A stretch of DNA of 64,000 bases from Candidatus Nomurabacteria bacterium (GCA_020632015.1 JACKGI010000001.1:156949-220948), one strand, 5' to 3'. Numbered from the stretch's first letter, positions 1 through 9,852 are shown. Notes: a model not told the origin generated them from the sequence alone. A program made the numbers and translations.

Positions 1-263
1 CATTCCCCGGATTTGAAGATTGTGCGCCAGACAAGTTGTTGCGTGTGAAATATGCTTTTGGTCTTTCAAGAAAGGAGCACATTCCCAAATCAAAATCCTT
101 AGAAGAGAGTAAAAATGTAATCTTAAGCGCGTTTGAAGATCAGAAAAAGTCTATTCACAAGTCAAGACAGGTCATAACCTTTGGTCCCCAACTAAGCATA
201 GACTGTGAGTGCGAAGCGATTGCAACAATTGCAGGTCGGGTGCTTTCAATTATCAGGCGTTGA
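1..263 (+). CDS. 3' end of a protein-coding gene entering from upstream of the window (hypothetical)
   Basis: The reading frame is open from position 1 in the frame of the listed 36..263 ORF. It stops at 261-263. No recognisable motif. Confidence 0.3.
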   Translation, partial: FPGFEDCAPDKLLRVKYAFGLSRKEHIPKSKSLEESKNVILSAFEDQKKSIHKSRQVITFGPQLSIDCECEAIATIAGRVLSIIRR

Positions 264-299
264 TTTTTTTACCCGTTTGATCCAAGTAAGGGGAAATAG

Positions 300-1286
300 T
301 TACCACACTCTATTGGCAACACCCAGTAGATTTTGTTGGAGTTCTCGAATGGTGTCCAGACTGTCCGCGGCATTTTCTAGGGACAGTTTAACCATAATGT
401 TGTTTTGCTTTCGGTCTATTTGCTTTATGTCAGATTCTATAGAGGTATCAAGCTGGTATGTTGTTTTGCAGTATTCAAATTCTATTTCAAGTTGGTTCAA
501 ATCTAACTCAAGAGCTGCGTCGATGTCAGTGTATGTAGAGGGGGAAGATGCAAAACCGCTTCTGCTTTCCGCGTAAGTGGTTTTTAAGTATTCAGCATCA
601 GCCTCTGCTTGGGCCACACCATTTTCATATTTAGAAGTACAAAGTTCTAAATTTTGCTCCACAATGTCTTTTTTCTTTTCATATTGCTCTATGACCATAT
701 CCATACCCTCTGTTAAAGTCGCAGATTCTGTCTTAACTTGATCATAAGTTAATTGTTGGACCCGAACAGTTTCAGCTGCGATGGCAGCTTCTTCAGCTTT
801 TGCATTGATGATGTCTTCGTCTACGGTGGTGTTTGTAAGGACTGGAGTCGGAGCTTGTGTATCAGCCTCCATGCTCACTTCTGGTATGGAGACCTGCGCG
901 GGTTCATTAGTTGGTTTTGGAACATTAACAACTTGGGGCACTTCCTCCATGGCTGGTGATATGTTTTTGTTTGCGGTAGAAGTCTCAGCAATCTCTTCAG
1001 TGGTGGTTGGAGTCTGTGCTTCTAAAAATTCTGTTTCAGTAGATTCACTTACTAAAACAGGCTCAGGTTCCTCTGTTTTGTTACTAGAAAGCTGCTTGGT
1101 GGCCACAACCCCTGCTCCGGCGCCAACCATTAAAGCAGCCACAATGATTACGATAGGCAGAAAAGCGAATCCTTTTTGTTCCATTAGTCCAACTGTACTC
1201 ATTTTACTGTTCATGTCTAGAGTTAGTGTGATAGGGCATATGCTCCTAGTAAAACGCCTGCTACGGACACCCAGATGAAAACCCAT
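300..1286 (-). CDS. membrane-anchored hypothetical protein with coiled-coil, low-complexity ectodomain
   Basis: 328-aa ORF with an N-terminal TM helix (FAFLPIVIIVAALMVGAGAGVV). It has an E/T/P-rich linker and a heptad-like C-terminal region. Confidence 0.45.
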   Translation of the reverse strand: MGFHLGVRSRRFTRSICPITLTLDMNSKMSTVGLMEQKGFAFLPIVIIVAALMVGAGAGVVATKQLSSNKTEEPEPVLVSESTETEFLEAQTPTTTEEIAETSTANKNISPAMEEVPQVVNVPKPTNEPAQVSIPEVSMEADTQAPTPVLTNTTVDEDIINAKAEEAAIAAETVRVQQLTYDQVKTESATLTEGMDMVIEQYEKKKDIVEQNLELCTSKYENGVAQAEADAEYLKTTYAESRSGFASSPSTYTDIDAALELDLNQLEIEFEYCKTTYQLDTSIESDIKQIDRKQNNIMVKLSLENAADSLDTIRELQQNLLGVANRVW

Positions 1287-1600
1287 ACAGTAAGACCAAC
1301 TGTCTTTGCGGTGTTTGTATTAGTATCTTTCTCAGATTGTACGAGCAGGAACGCAGCTGTAAAAAATGCAGCTAGTGCTAGATAGAAATTTATTGCTAAT
1401 GCACCTATGCCTAGAAAGAAGATTAGTATAGCGATAGCTCCCTTTGATTCCTTTTTCATATTGAAATTATAGATTTGTGGTAGGAGCGGACACACAAAGC
1501 CCGCTACTAGGAAGGCCGAGGCCTCTACGTCAGTTTCCCAACGCAACGACACAATCGCCCTAATAACGGGTTCTCTATGATTGTGTCGATTTAAGACCAT
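1223..1600 (-). CDS. small integral membrane protein (hypothetical)
   Basis: 125-aa ORF with 3-4 hydrophobic helices. It overlaps the next gene by a few codons, in an operon-like arrangement. Confidence 0.4.
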   Translation of the reverse strand: MVLNRHNHREPVIRAIVSLRWETDVEASAFLVAGFVCPLLPQIYNFNMKKESKGAIAILIFFLGIGALAINFYLALAAFFTAAFLLVQSEKDTNTNTAKTVGLTVWVFIWVSVAGVLLGAYALSH

Positions 1601-1836
1601 GCCACCGATTACTCGATGGTTTAGGTCCCGCCCATTACGGACTAGTTGTCTTTGCCATAGTAGCTTATAAGTGTCGAAAACACCACTTTAGACACCCTGT
1701 CGTAGCTGTCTAACTGTCATAGATATAGGGTTGTTTTTAATAGTTTGTTGCAGAAAAACACCAAAAAAGAGCTTGAAGTGGCTAGCCGTGTGCCAAGACG
1801 ACTAGTTTTTATTTTCACTGTAGGTAAAATCTACTG

Positions 1837-2691
1837 ATGGCAAGGCAACTCAGTAGTGTAGGCAAACATCATCTGCAGACATGGAAATTATTAAGATCAT
1901 GCTTCGATTTTGAGAAGGATGTTCAGGATTTGAGAACAGGTGCATTAAAGGGGCTTAATTTCGGAGAGTCGCATAAGAAAGACAAAAAGTATGTAAAAGC
2001 CGCTCACTGTTTGATGGATAGGTATTGTCTACCTGGAAACTTTCTAATCCCTTTGATGGTGTACCTAGATAATCCGAATGAAGATATTGAAGAATTACTG
2101 CCTGATCGAAATTACTCATTTACCCACAGAAGAACATATGATGTGGAGGGTAACATTGATTGGTCTGGCATGGATATGCCTAGTGTTGAAGTGCAGATTT
2201 ATGCTCAGTTGACTGCGTCGGAGTGGAAGAATCTCCAGCGTGACTTTAAAGAATATTCTAAGTACAGCTTCCCAAACTCTGGGGCCCTTAAAAAGTCGCG
2301 CACGAAAGGCAGTGTGGAGCGAGATATTGCAGTTATGGAAAAACTACAGGCTACCTCAAAAGGTACTAAAGTTGAGGAGTACAAAGGATATCTAAAGAAA
2401 TTCCACGACCAACTTTTGTCAGAAGGGAAGGACCCTAAGACACACAAAGTTTTTAATCGGCTTAAAAATAAGAAGGCTGTGTTTCTAAGGTCTAAAACGG
2501 TGGGTAAGTATACTCGTGATGACATTGCAAAAGAGTTTGGTACTGATCGTAACCATATAGACAAGATTGAAAAGAGAACCAGAGAAACGATTGAAAAACG
2601 TTTCAAGGGGAAAAGGATGTCAGACCCTGATTCTGGCCTCACTATCAAAGAGTATCTTCGGAAACAGCGGGAGAGGAATAAGTCTCTTTAA
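1837..2691 (+). CDS. hypothetical protein with a C-terminal sigma-70 region-4-like HTH; cargo of the putative integrative element
   Basis: The C-terminus (YTRDDIAKEFGTDRNHIDKIEKRTRETIEKRF) resembles a sigma-factor region 4 HTH. It is followed by a terminator at about 2758-2781. The true start may be internal. Confidence 0.35.
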   Translation: MARQLSSVGKHHLQTWKLLRSCFDFEKDVQDLRTGALKGLNFGESHKKDKKYVKAAHCLMDRYCLPGNFLIPLMVYLDNPNEDIEELLPDRNYSFTHRRTYDVEGNIDWSGMDMPSVEVQIYAQLTASEWKNLQRDFKEYSKYSFPNSGALKKSRTKGSVERDIAVMEKLQATSKGTKVEEYKGYLKKFHDQLLSEGKDPKTHKVFNRLKNKKAVFLRSKTVGKYTRDDIAKEFGTDRNHIDKIEKRTRETIEKRFKGKRMSDPDSGLTIKEYLRKQRERNKSL

Positions 2692-2757
2692 GACAAAACA
2701 ATATACACTTTTGTCCGTATTTTGTAGGAGCTGGAAATGCTATGCTACAGCTAAGTA

Positions 2758-2781
2758 GCCGTCCGCAAGGGCGGTTTTTTT
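2758..2781 (+). terminator. rho-independent terminator
   Basis: Hairpin gccgtccgcaagggcgg followed by ttttttt. Confidence 0.6.
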
Positions 2782-3038
2782 GTTGCTTAAACAATTCAAT
2801 ACGATGTGAGTATCAGCGCACTCACTAAAATCAAACGGGCTCTAAACATCTGGTTAATACATGTAAATTCCTCGCTCTGACTGGCGGCTTGTCAACGAGG
2901 ACTCCCATGTGTTCGTCAGGTGCAACTTCTTCTTATCCGTATATTGAGGACAGTATGGATGATGATGTCTTAAGTATTGATACATATCGTGTCACTCGCT
3001 CTCATGGGAGGACAATAGCCGCTAAAACTACGCTAACT

Positions 3039-3191
3039 ATGTCGACAAAAAAGAAGGAAAGAAAGACAGTCCAAGTTCGAGTATCAAAGAAAATTCATAA
3101 GATGCTTCGTGCTTTGGCCTTGGAAGAAAAAATGACCATGTCGAAATTGGTCGACCTATCAATTAAAAGCTATATAAACAGAAACTATTAA
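3039..3191 (+). CDS. ribbon-helix-helix (CopG/Arc/MetJ-like) DNA-binding protein
   Basis: The C-terminal 50 aa (MSTKKKERKTVQVRVSKKIHKMLRALALEEKMTMSKLVDLSIKSYI) has the beta-strand plus two-helix RHH pattern. The internal Met at 3039 is the likely start of the longer 2889..3191 ORF. Confidence 0.4.
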   Translation: MSTKKKERKTVQVRVSKKIHKMLRALALEEKMTMSKLVDLSIKSYINRNY

Positions 3192-3336
3192 TCTATGAAC
3201 CAAAGAATTATCCAAATGCTATTTAGAGGGTCTGTCCTCAAAGGCTTGGAACAACAGTCATTTGAATTGGCTGCACCTATTGAAGAGGTTGTGATGGAAG
3301 CTGTAGAGGAGTATTTAGCAAGTAATTTAGAGCAGA

Positions 3337-3630
3337 ATGAGATCAATAGAAGCGAGATTCAAGAAATGCCAGGAAAAGAACCCGTCATACGGTAACTACA
3401 TTTGCTTAATGCAGGGAGTTTATAGGCAGGGATTCACTAGGAGGACCATCTACAATGCATTTAAGAAATTCATCCCAAGTGACGATTATCTTGAGGAGGA
3501 GATGCCACAGCTAATTTCTCAACTAGAGGTACACACTAAACGTTCTGAGGACGACATCTCAGGGCAGAAAAATGACCAGGAAGGTGCCTTAAATAATAAA
3601 CACGACCCAGACATCAAAGACAGAAAATAA
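3337..3630 (+). CDS. hypothetical small protein (element cargo)
   Basis: 97-aa ORF with no recognisable motif. It overlaps the 3195..3395 ORF, so one of the two may be spurious. Confidence 0.25.
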   Translation: MRSIEARFKKCQEKNPSYGNYICLMQGVYRQGFTRRTIYNAFKKFIPSDDYLEEEMPQLISQLEVHTKRSEDDISGQKNDQEGALNNKHDPDIKDRK

Positions 3631-3794
3631 TGACCCCAATTGAAACATTCAAAGAAATATTAGAGAAGGAGAATATTCAGGTTCCTGAGGAGTCTTTGGA
3701 GGTGTTTCGTGATCTGATTGACCTGCAGGCGGATTTGATTCTGGATCGTTGGTTATACGAGAAAGAAATGTCCGTGGCGGGGTAGAATAGAGTT

Positions 3795-5543
3795 ATGCAA
3801 AAGGAGCGACCAAAAACATGTTTAGCGAGTGCTCGTATTAGTAGCGCTCAGCAAATGGCAGGGGAGAGTCTAGACGACCAGGTCCGGGCTATTAAACAAG
3901 CGGCGGGACATAAGGGTCTAGAGATTCTTCCTGGTGGTGAGGTTGCGACTGAGATATTTACCGGAACGAAACGGCGGCCGGTATACGAAGAGCATATTCA
4001 GTACATCAAGGATAATCCTGGGAAGGTAGGCTATTACTTAATCCGTTATATCGACCGCTTTACTAGGGCCGGAGCATCTTCATACAACGAGATGAAGAAA
4101 GAGCTGGAGGAGCTTGGTGTTGCGCTGATAGACACAAACGGAATCATCCAAGAGTCACGCAACATGCCAGAACTTGCCGAGCTTGGTTTTGAGTATGAGT
4201 GGAGTAAAGAATCGCCAAGTGACATGACAGAGGTGATGTTGGCCACAACCGCCAAGCAGGAGCGTGACACTATTCTTAAACGAACCATTCCAAAACAAAT
4301 TGCCTACACCCAGAAAGGTTTTCAGATTGGTCGGCCTGATGATGGTTTTATGAATCATCGGACTCAAGTGGGAACACAGATTCGTTTTGTGCAGATTCCA
4401 GACCCGAAGCGTGCACCGTTTATCCAAAAGATTTTTGAGTTACGTGCCGCCAATAGACACACTGACCGAGAAATACTTCATATTGTGAATGAAGAGTTAG
4501 GCTTTCGGACCAAGAAGTTTCATCGCTGGAATAAGACACATACAGCGATCATTGGGGAAGGTGGTGGTAAGAAGCTGTCCATAAAACAGCTTCAGCGTAT
4601 TTACCAGCGGCCAGCCTATGCAGGTGTGCTTTGTGAGAAGTGGACCCACAATAAGCCTATTAAGGCGCAATGGGATGGACTGGTGAGTATTGAGCTTTGG
4701 AACAAGGCAAACCGCGGCAAAATCTACATCAAAGAATATGGTGATGATTTGTTAGAGATTCTGTACGACTACAAGACAGAGAGGCCGGTCTTTAAGCGTC
4801 TTCGTTACAATCCAGAATATCCATTCAAGTGTGTTTGTTGTCCTGAGTGTGGCAAACCTCTAAAGGGCAGTGCTCCACGGGGTAGAAAAGAAACATATCC
4901 GCGGTATCACTGTGAGCGTGGCCATAAGTCATTTACGATTGATCGGTCCCAAATGGATGAGACAGTCGGAACTTTCCTAGATAACGTGGAGTTTGATGAT
5001 GACTACACAAAGGTGTTGGAGGAAGTATTGGTCCGTAAATTACGTAAGAGACAACAGGATATTGTGCAGGAGTCAAAGAATCTGAATGAACGTGTGGCTA
5101 TGCTGAAGGCACAGCAGGCGAGTACACTCAAGGCACTTATCACTACAGAGAATCCAACCATCAAAGCGATGCTCGAAAAGGAACTTGAGAAAGTAGTGGT
5201 TGATATCAAGAAAGCTGAGTCGGTCCGGTTCTCAGTTGATCTCACTGAAGACAATATTGCTGAGTTGGTTAGTTACGCGAGGAAAATAGTGGAATCACCC
5301 AAAGAAGTGTTGATAGATAAAGACAATCCGCTCCGCCAGAAGCAGTTATTCAAGCTTTTCTTTGAGGACCTTCCAACCTATGAAGAATTGGATAGTGGAA
5401 CCGCTAAAAAACGCTTTCTTTTCAACAGGAATTGTATCGTCGAGACCCCTCAAAATAGTGAGAAATCCCATCAAGGGCGGCTACCGGGAATCGAACCCGA
5501 ACTATCGGTACCACAAACCGATGCACTAACCGTTATACTATAG
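3795..5543 (+). CDS. large serine recombinase (phage-type serine integrase)
   Basis: N-terminal resolvase catalytic domain with a catalytic Ser motif (ASARISSAQQ) and a YIDRFTRAG motif. It is followed by a recombinase domain, a Zn-ribbon (CVCCPECG...YHCERGH) and a long coiled-coil. The last 23 codons run antisense across tRNA-His. Confidence 0.8.
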   Translation: MQKERPKTCLASARISSAQQMAGESLDDQVRAIKQAAGHKGLEILPGGEVATEIFTGTKRRPVYEEHIQYIKDNPGKVGYYLIRYIDRFTRAGASSYNEMKKELEELGVALIDTNGIIQESRNMPELAELGFEYEWSKESPSDMTEVMLATTAKQERDTILKRTIPKQIAYTQKGFQIGRPDDGFMNHRTQVGTQIRFVQIPDPKRAPFIQKIFELRAANRHTDREILHIVNEELGFRTKKFHRWNKTHTAIIGEGGGKKLSIKQLQRIYQRPAYAGVLCEKWTHNKPIKAQWDGLVSIELWNKANRGKIYIKEYGDDLLEILYDYKTERPVFKRLRYNPEYPFKCVCCPECGKPLKGSAPRGRKETYPRYHCERGHKSFTIDRSQMDETVGTFLDNVEFDDDYTKVLEEVLVRKLRKRQQDIVQESKNLNERVAMLKAQQASTLKALITTENPTIKAMLEKELEKVVVDIKKAESVRFSVDLTEDNIAELVSYARKIVESPKEVLIDKDNPLRQKQLFKLFFEDLPTYEELDSGTAKKRFLFNRNCIVETPQNSEKSHQGRLPGIEPELSVPQTDALTVIL

Positions 5544-5548
5544 CCGCC
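5475..5548 (-). tRNA. tRNA-His (anticodon GTG) with a G-1:C73 pair
   Basis: Folded by hand. G-1; acceptor GCGGCTA/TAGCCGC; U8. D-stem GTAT/GTGC. Anticodon stem TCGGT/ACCGA with loop TTGTGGT (GTG). T-stem TCGGG/CCCGG with loop TTCGATT. Discriminator C pairs with G-1, which is diagnostic of tRNA-His. CCA is not encoded. Confidence 0.8.
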
Positions 5549-5771
5549 ATGTTTCAGGCGGGATTTTCGGAGAAAATCCCGCCGTCGTGGGTACATTTAT
5601 ACCTATTTTTTAGCAAAAAGTCGAGAGCTAAAAAATGTTTTTGTTTCTTATACTATATAATATAACCATGGACCAAACAGGATTAATGGTAACCTTGACC
5701 TTTACGCTTATTTTGGGTGCGGGGATTGGGTTTTATTTAGCAAGATTTATTTTTTAATTAAGATTTTTTGT

Positions 5772-6164
5772 ATGAAAGGATTTGTTGCAGAATTTAAGGC
5801 CTTTGCCATGAAGGGCAATGTGATTGACTTGGCAGTAGCGGTAGTTATTGGAGCGGCTTTTGGAAAGATTGTCTCCTCACTAGTAGCAAACATCATCACT
5901 CCAATTATTGGTTTAATCATGGGTGGAATTGATTTTTCTGGTATGGCTTACATGGTAGGGGACGCTGAAATCACTTATGGTGTGTTCATTCAATCAGTAA
6001 TCGACTTCTTAATTGTTGCTTTAGTTATCTTTATGGTAGTGAAAGGCATTAATAAGGCAAAGGACGCCTTGGATAAAGAGGAGGAGGTCAAAGAAGAGAA
6101 GCCAGCTGAACCGTCAGAAGAAGTAAAACTATTGCGAGAGATTAGAGATTCGGTAAAAAAATAG
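5772..6164 (+). CDS. mscL: large-conductance mechanosensitive channel MscL
   Basis: The N-terminus ([38 protein letters not shown]) is the MscL signature. Two TM helices and a charged C-terminal helix. Confidence 0.85.
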   Translation: MKGFVAEFKAFAMKGNVIDLAVAVVIGAAFGKIVSSLVANIITPIIGLIMGGIDFSGMAYMVGDAEITYGVFIQSVIDFLIVALVIFMVVKGINKAKDALDKEEEVKEEKPAEPSEEVKLLREIRDSVKK

Positions 6165-6181
6165 TTTGTTAAATATAAAGA

Positions 6182-6211
6182 GCCGGCCCCAAAGGGGTCG
6201 GCTCTTTTATT
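6182..6211 (+). terminator. rho-independent terminator
   Basis: Hairpin agccggccccaaaggggtcggct followed by cttttatttt. Confidence 0.7.
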
Positions 6212-6613
6212 TTGTCAAGAAAATACCCTATCGGGAAATAAAAATAAATGCTTGTATATATTGGCAAAAGCTGATTATTGATTCCTACTTTCACTGTTCA
6301 ATAGTTATCCACAGTCTGGGGCCATAAAAATATAAAATAGCCTTGTTTTTAAAGACTCCGCAGAAAGCGAGGTTATCCGATAGGTGGTAATATGAATACA
6401 TCACACGAAGTAGTCGTGTGTCGGAGGTAAGACACACGCTCCTCTCACTGAAGAGCCAGTCGCCATTTCTTAATGGTGGTGTGTTTGTCGCGACCCAGAT
6501 TGCGCCTAGACCTAATTGACTATCTAAACAAAGATAGAAACTCTTCCACCAATTACGTCTGTACGCAATCTACTAAATCAAGTTACTCATAAACAACGCT
6601 TATAAAGATTGAT

Positions 6614-7927
6614 ATGGAAATCCAAAATATCCGAAAACGAGACGGTTCAATCCAATCGTTTGATATCAGCAAAATAACCAGCGCTGTCGCGAAAGCCCTC
6701 TCTGAAACCGGAGAAGGAAATCGAAAGGACGCAGAAGCAGTCGCAGAACTAGCTCATCAAAAAGTTGTTGCCATGTGCGTGCAAGCAGGCACAGCAGCAC
6801 CAGAAGACCCACAAGCAAAAAAATGTATTGACGGTAACCCTGCGGTGGAAGAAATTCAAGACTTGGTAGAACAAGCCTTGATGGAAAAGGATTACTACAA
6901 TACAGCAAAGGCATATATTATTTATCGAAACGCTCGAAAGAAACTTCGAGAGCGAGATATCTTTGCCAAGAGACAAAATCTTAAACCATACGAATATCCA
7001 GAGCTGTATGAATACACTAGTGCTATTCGTCACTCATATTGGGTGCACACAGAGTTCAACTTTACATCTGATGTTCAAGATTTCCACATCAATGTAAGTG
7101 AATCAGAAAGAAGTGCAATCAAAAATTCGATGCTAGCTATCGCTCAGATTGAAGTAGCCGTAAAGACTTTCTGGGGAGACATCTACAAAAAAATGCCAAA
7201 GCCCGAGATTGGGGCAGTGGGAGCAACTTTCGCAGAGTCAGAAGTTCGTCATACTGACGCCTACTCACACTTGCTTGAGATTCTTGGTCTAAATGATGAG
7301 TTCACTAACATCAAGAACATTCCAGTTATTCAGAAGCGAATGAACTACCTAGAGAAGGTTAATGAACTTGCTCGAACTTCTGAAGATCGAGAATACTCAC
7401 ATGCAGTGCTTCTTTTTGCTCTGTTTGTTGAACACGTTTCATTGTTTTCGCAGTTCTTGATAATGATGTCTTTCAACAAGCATAAGAACTTATTCAAGGG
7501 TATTAGCAATGCTGTAGAAGCAACATCAAAAGAGGAGAATCTACACGGTATGTTTGGTATTGATGTTATTAATATCATCAAGGACGAACACCCTGAATGG
7601 TTCGATGAGAGTTGTAACAATCTAATTATTGAATCTTGTCGAGAAGCTTACGAGGCAGAAAGTGACATCGTTGATTGGATTTACGAAAAAGGTGAACTTG
7701 ATTTCTTGCCAGCTGCAAACGTAAAAGAATTTATTAAGCATCGACTTAATAACTCCTTAGTTTCAATTGGCCTACCAAGAATCTTTGAAGTCAGCGAAGC
7801 GTTGCTTGAAGAAACTGACTGGTTCGATAACGAAGTTATTGCAACTAAGCACGTGGATTTCTTCAACAAACGCTCAATCAATTACAACAAACGCTCAGCA
7901 AGTGTCACGAGTGATGACTTGTTCTAG
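6614..7927 (+). CDS. nrdB: class I ribonucleotide reductase beta subunit (radical-generating R2) with N-terminal ATP-cone
   Basis: The N-terminal 90 aa is an ATP-cone (VIKRDGSxxxFDxxKI-like: IRKRDGSIQSFDISKITSAV). The rest is a ferritin-like R2 with EVRHTDAYSHLLE metal-ligand motifs. Confidence 0.8.
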   Translation: MEIQNIRKRDGSIQSFDISKITSAVAKALSETGEGNRKDAEAVAELAHQKVVAMCVQAGTAAPEDPQAKKCIDGNPAVEEIQDLVEQALMEKDYYNTAKAYIIYRNARKKLRERDIFAKRQNLKPYEYPELYEYTSAIRHSYWVHTEFNFTSDVQDFHINVSESERSAIKNSMLAIAQIEVAVKTFWGDIYKKMPKPEIGAVGATFAESEVRHTDAYSHLLEILGLNDEFTNIKNIPVIQKRMNYLEKVNELARTSEDREYSHAVLLFALFVEHVSLFSQFLIMMSFNKHKNLFKGISNAVEATSKEENLHGMFGIDVINIIKDEHPEWFDESCNNLIIESCREAYEAESDIVDWIYEKGELDFLPAANVKEFIKHRLNNSLVSIGLPRIFEVSEALLEETDWFDNEVIATKHVDFFNKRSINYNKRSASVTSDDLF

Positions 7928-8107
7928 ATTCGGCAAAAATCAAAATTTCTTTGTTGAGCTTCTCGTTCTCAACACTCACCGTACAAACCGTACAACTCAT
8001 GTTTCGAAGCTCGCTCGCCTCGAAATTGATGATTTTAACCAAATCTCGGAGAAAATGTATAATGGTGTAACTTTAATCAAAATTAACGCATAACACACAG
8101 AAAATCT

Positions 8108-9796
8108 ATGGAACCCTGGTACTGGCTGAACGAAAATAGTCGCGCGTTTCTAGCCCGAGGATATCTGGCCGAAGGCCAAACAGCAGAAGAAAGAATTCGC
8201 GTAATCGCCGATACAGCTGAAAAATATCTCAAACGAGATGACTTTTCGGATAAGTTTTATGAGTACATGTCTAAGGGCTGGATATCGCTAGCTTCACCAG
8301 TCTGGTCTAACTTTGGAATTACCAAAGGCTTACCTATTAGTTGTTTTGGTTCGTATGTGGCTGATCACATGGGAAACATCTTGTACTCAAACGCTGAAGT
8401 AGGGATGATGAGTAAGTTTGGTGGTGGTTGTTCTGGTTACTTTGGAGCTTTGCGGGGTAGAGGAGCCAACATTTCAGATAATAACGGACATTCTTCTGGT
8501 TCAGTACACTTCATGCAATTGTTCGAAACATTGGTTGATGTGGTTTCTCAAGGTTCTGTACGACGAGGACATTTTTCTCCATATCTTCCAGCAGAGCACT
8601 CTGACATTATGGAGTTTTTGGATATTGGAACAGAAGGTAATCCAATCCAAAAACTAACTCATGGTGTAACAGTGGGGGATGAGTGGATGGAAAGCATGAT
8701 TGAGGGTGACGAAGCAAAACGTAAGATTTGGGCTCGTATTATTCAACGACGTGGTGAAATGGGATATCCATATATCATGTTCAATGACACTGCCAACAAG
8801 AACACGGTTGATGTCTACAAGGACAAAAAACTAGAAATCTACGCAAGTAACATGTGTAGTGAAATCATGCTTCCAAGTAAGGAAGATTGGTCATTTGTGT
8901 GTTGCTTGTCATCGGTTAACCTCCTCCATTACGATGACTGGAAGGATACTGATTTAGTGGAAACAATGATTGCCTTCCTTGATGCAGTTATGGAAGACTT
9001 TATTGTCAAACTAGAAGCGATGCGTGACGACGAGGATGTAGAAAAACAACAAGCGTTTGAATTCATGAAACGCGCGTACAACTTTGCAAAAGCAAATAGA
9101 GCTCTCGGCTTAGGTGTCCTTGGATACCACTCTCTCCTCCAATCAAAAGATCTGCCATTTGAAAGTGATGAAGCAGCTAAGTTAAATAAGGAAGTTTTCA
9201 AAGTCATTCAAGAAAAGGCAGAAGCTTCAACAAAAGAACTGGCTAAAGAACTTGGTGAGCCAGAAGTGTTGGAGGGGTACGGACGGCGAAATACGACCTT
9301 GCTTGCAATTGCTCCGACCACTTCTTCAGCTTTTATTCTTGGACAAGTGTCACAGGGAATTGAACCAATTTGGTCTAATTGCTACATAAAAGACGTAGCC
9401 AAGATGAAGGTGACCATAAAGAACCCAACTCTAGTTGAACTTTTGAAGGAAAAAGATAAAGACACCAAAGTAGTCTGGGATAGTATTCGAGACAATGATG
9501 GTTCAGTGCAACATCTGGATTTCTTAAGTGACGAAGAAAAAGCAGTCTTTAGAACTTTTGGTGAAATTGACCAAGCTAAAGTTATTGAACAAGCAGGAGT
9601 TAGACAGGAATTTATTGATCAAGGTCAGTCTTTAAACATCATGGTTTCTCCAGACGCTCCTGTAAAAGAAATCAACCAACTCTACATCAAAGCTTGGAAA
9701 GAAGGAATAAAGTCTTTGTACTACCAACATAGTCAGAACGCAGCTCAGCAATTAGTGCGAAGAAAGCTGGCAGAGAAGGAGGCTGAAGCAAAGTAG
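8108..9796 (+). CDS. nrdA: class I ribonucleotide reductase alpha (catalytic) subunit lacking an ATP-cone
   Basis: NMCSEI active-site Cys motif. C-terminal YY pair (KSLYYQHSQ) typical of class I NrdA/NrdE. No N-terminal ATP-cone. Confidence 0.85.
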   Translation: MEPWYWLNENSRAFLARGYLAEGQTAEERIRVIADTAEKYLKRDDFSDKFYEYMSKGWISLASPVWSNFGITKGLPISCFGSYVADHMGNILYSNAEVGMMSKFGGGCSGYFGALRGRGANISDNNGHSSGSVHFMQLFETLVDVVSQGSVRRGHFSPYLPAEHSDIMEFLDIGTEGNPIQKLTHGVTVGDEWMESMIEGDEAKRKIWARIIQRRGEMGYPYIMFNDTANKNTVDVYKDKKLEIYASNMCSEIMLPSKEDWSFVCCLSSVNLLHYDDWKDTDLVETMIAFLDAVMEDFIVKLEAMRDDEDVEKQQAFEFMKRAYNFAKANRALGLGVLGYHSLLQSKDLPFESDEAAKLNKEVFKVIQEKAEASTKELAKELGEPEVLEGYGRRNTTLLAIAPTTSSAFILGQVSQGIEPIWSNCYIKDVAKMKVTIKNPTLVELLKEKDKDTKVVWDSIRDNDGSVQHLDFLSDEEKAVFRTFGEIDQAKVIEQAGVRQEFIDQGQSLNIMVSPDAPVKEINQLYIKAWKEGIKSLYYQHSQNAAQQLVRRKLAEKEAEAK

Positions 9797-9803
9797 TACT
9801 GAA

Positions 9804-9831
9804 GAGCGCGACCTTCGGTCGCGCTCTTTTT
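9804..9831 (+). terminator. rho-independent terminator
   Basis: Hairpin agagcgcgaccttcggtcgcgctct followed by ttttt. Confidence 0.75.
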
Positions 9832-9852
9832 ACCCACGATAATATATATTGT

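Noticed and set aside
781-1278. 165-aa + strand ORF antisense to the 300..1286 gene, with several similar antisense ORFs (e.g. 2205..2648, 4046..4427, 46135..46695 antisense to rplL, 55317..56090)
   Set aside because: Each lies entirely within a better-supported gene on the other strand. Their products are low-complexity and have no motifs, as expected for antisense frames of coding sequence.
6240-6610. Cobalamin riboswitch upstream of the RNR operon
   Set aside because: The RNR is class I (NrdAB, not B12-dependent). I could not find the B12-box (rAGYCMGgAAGRCCTGCC-like) consensus in the leader.
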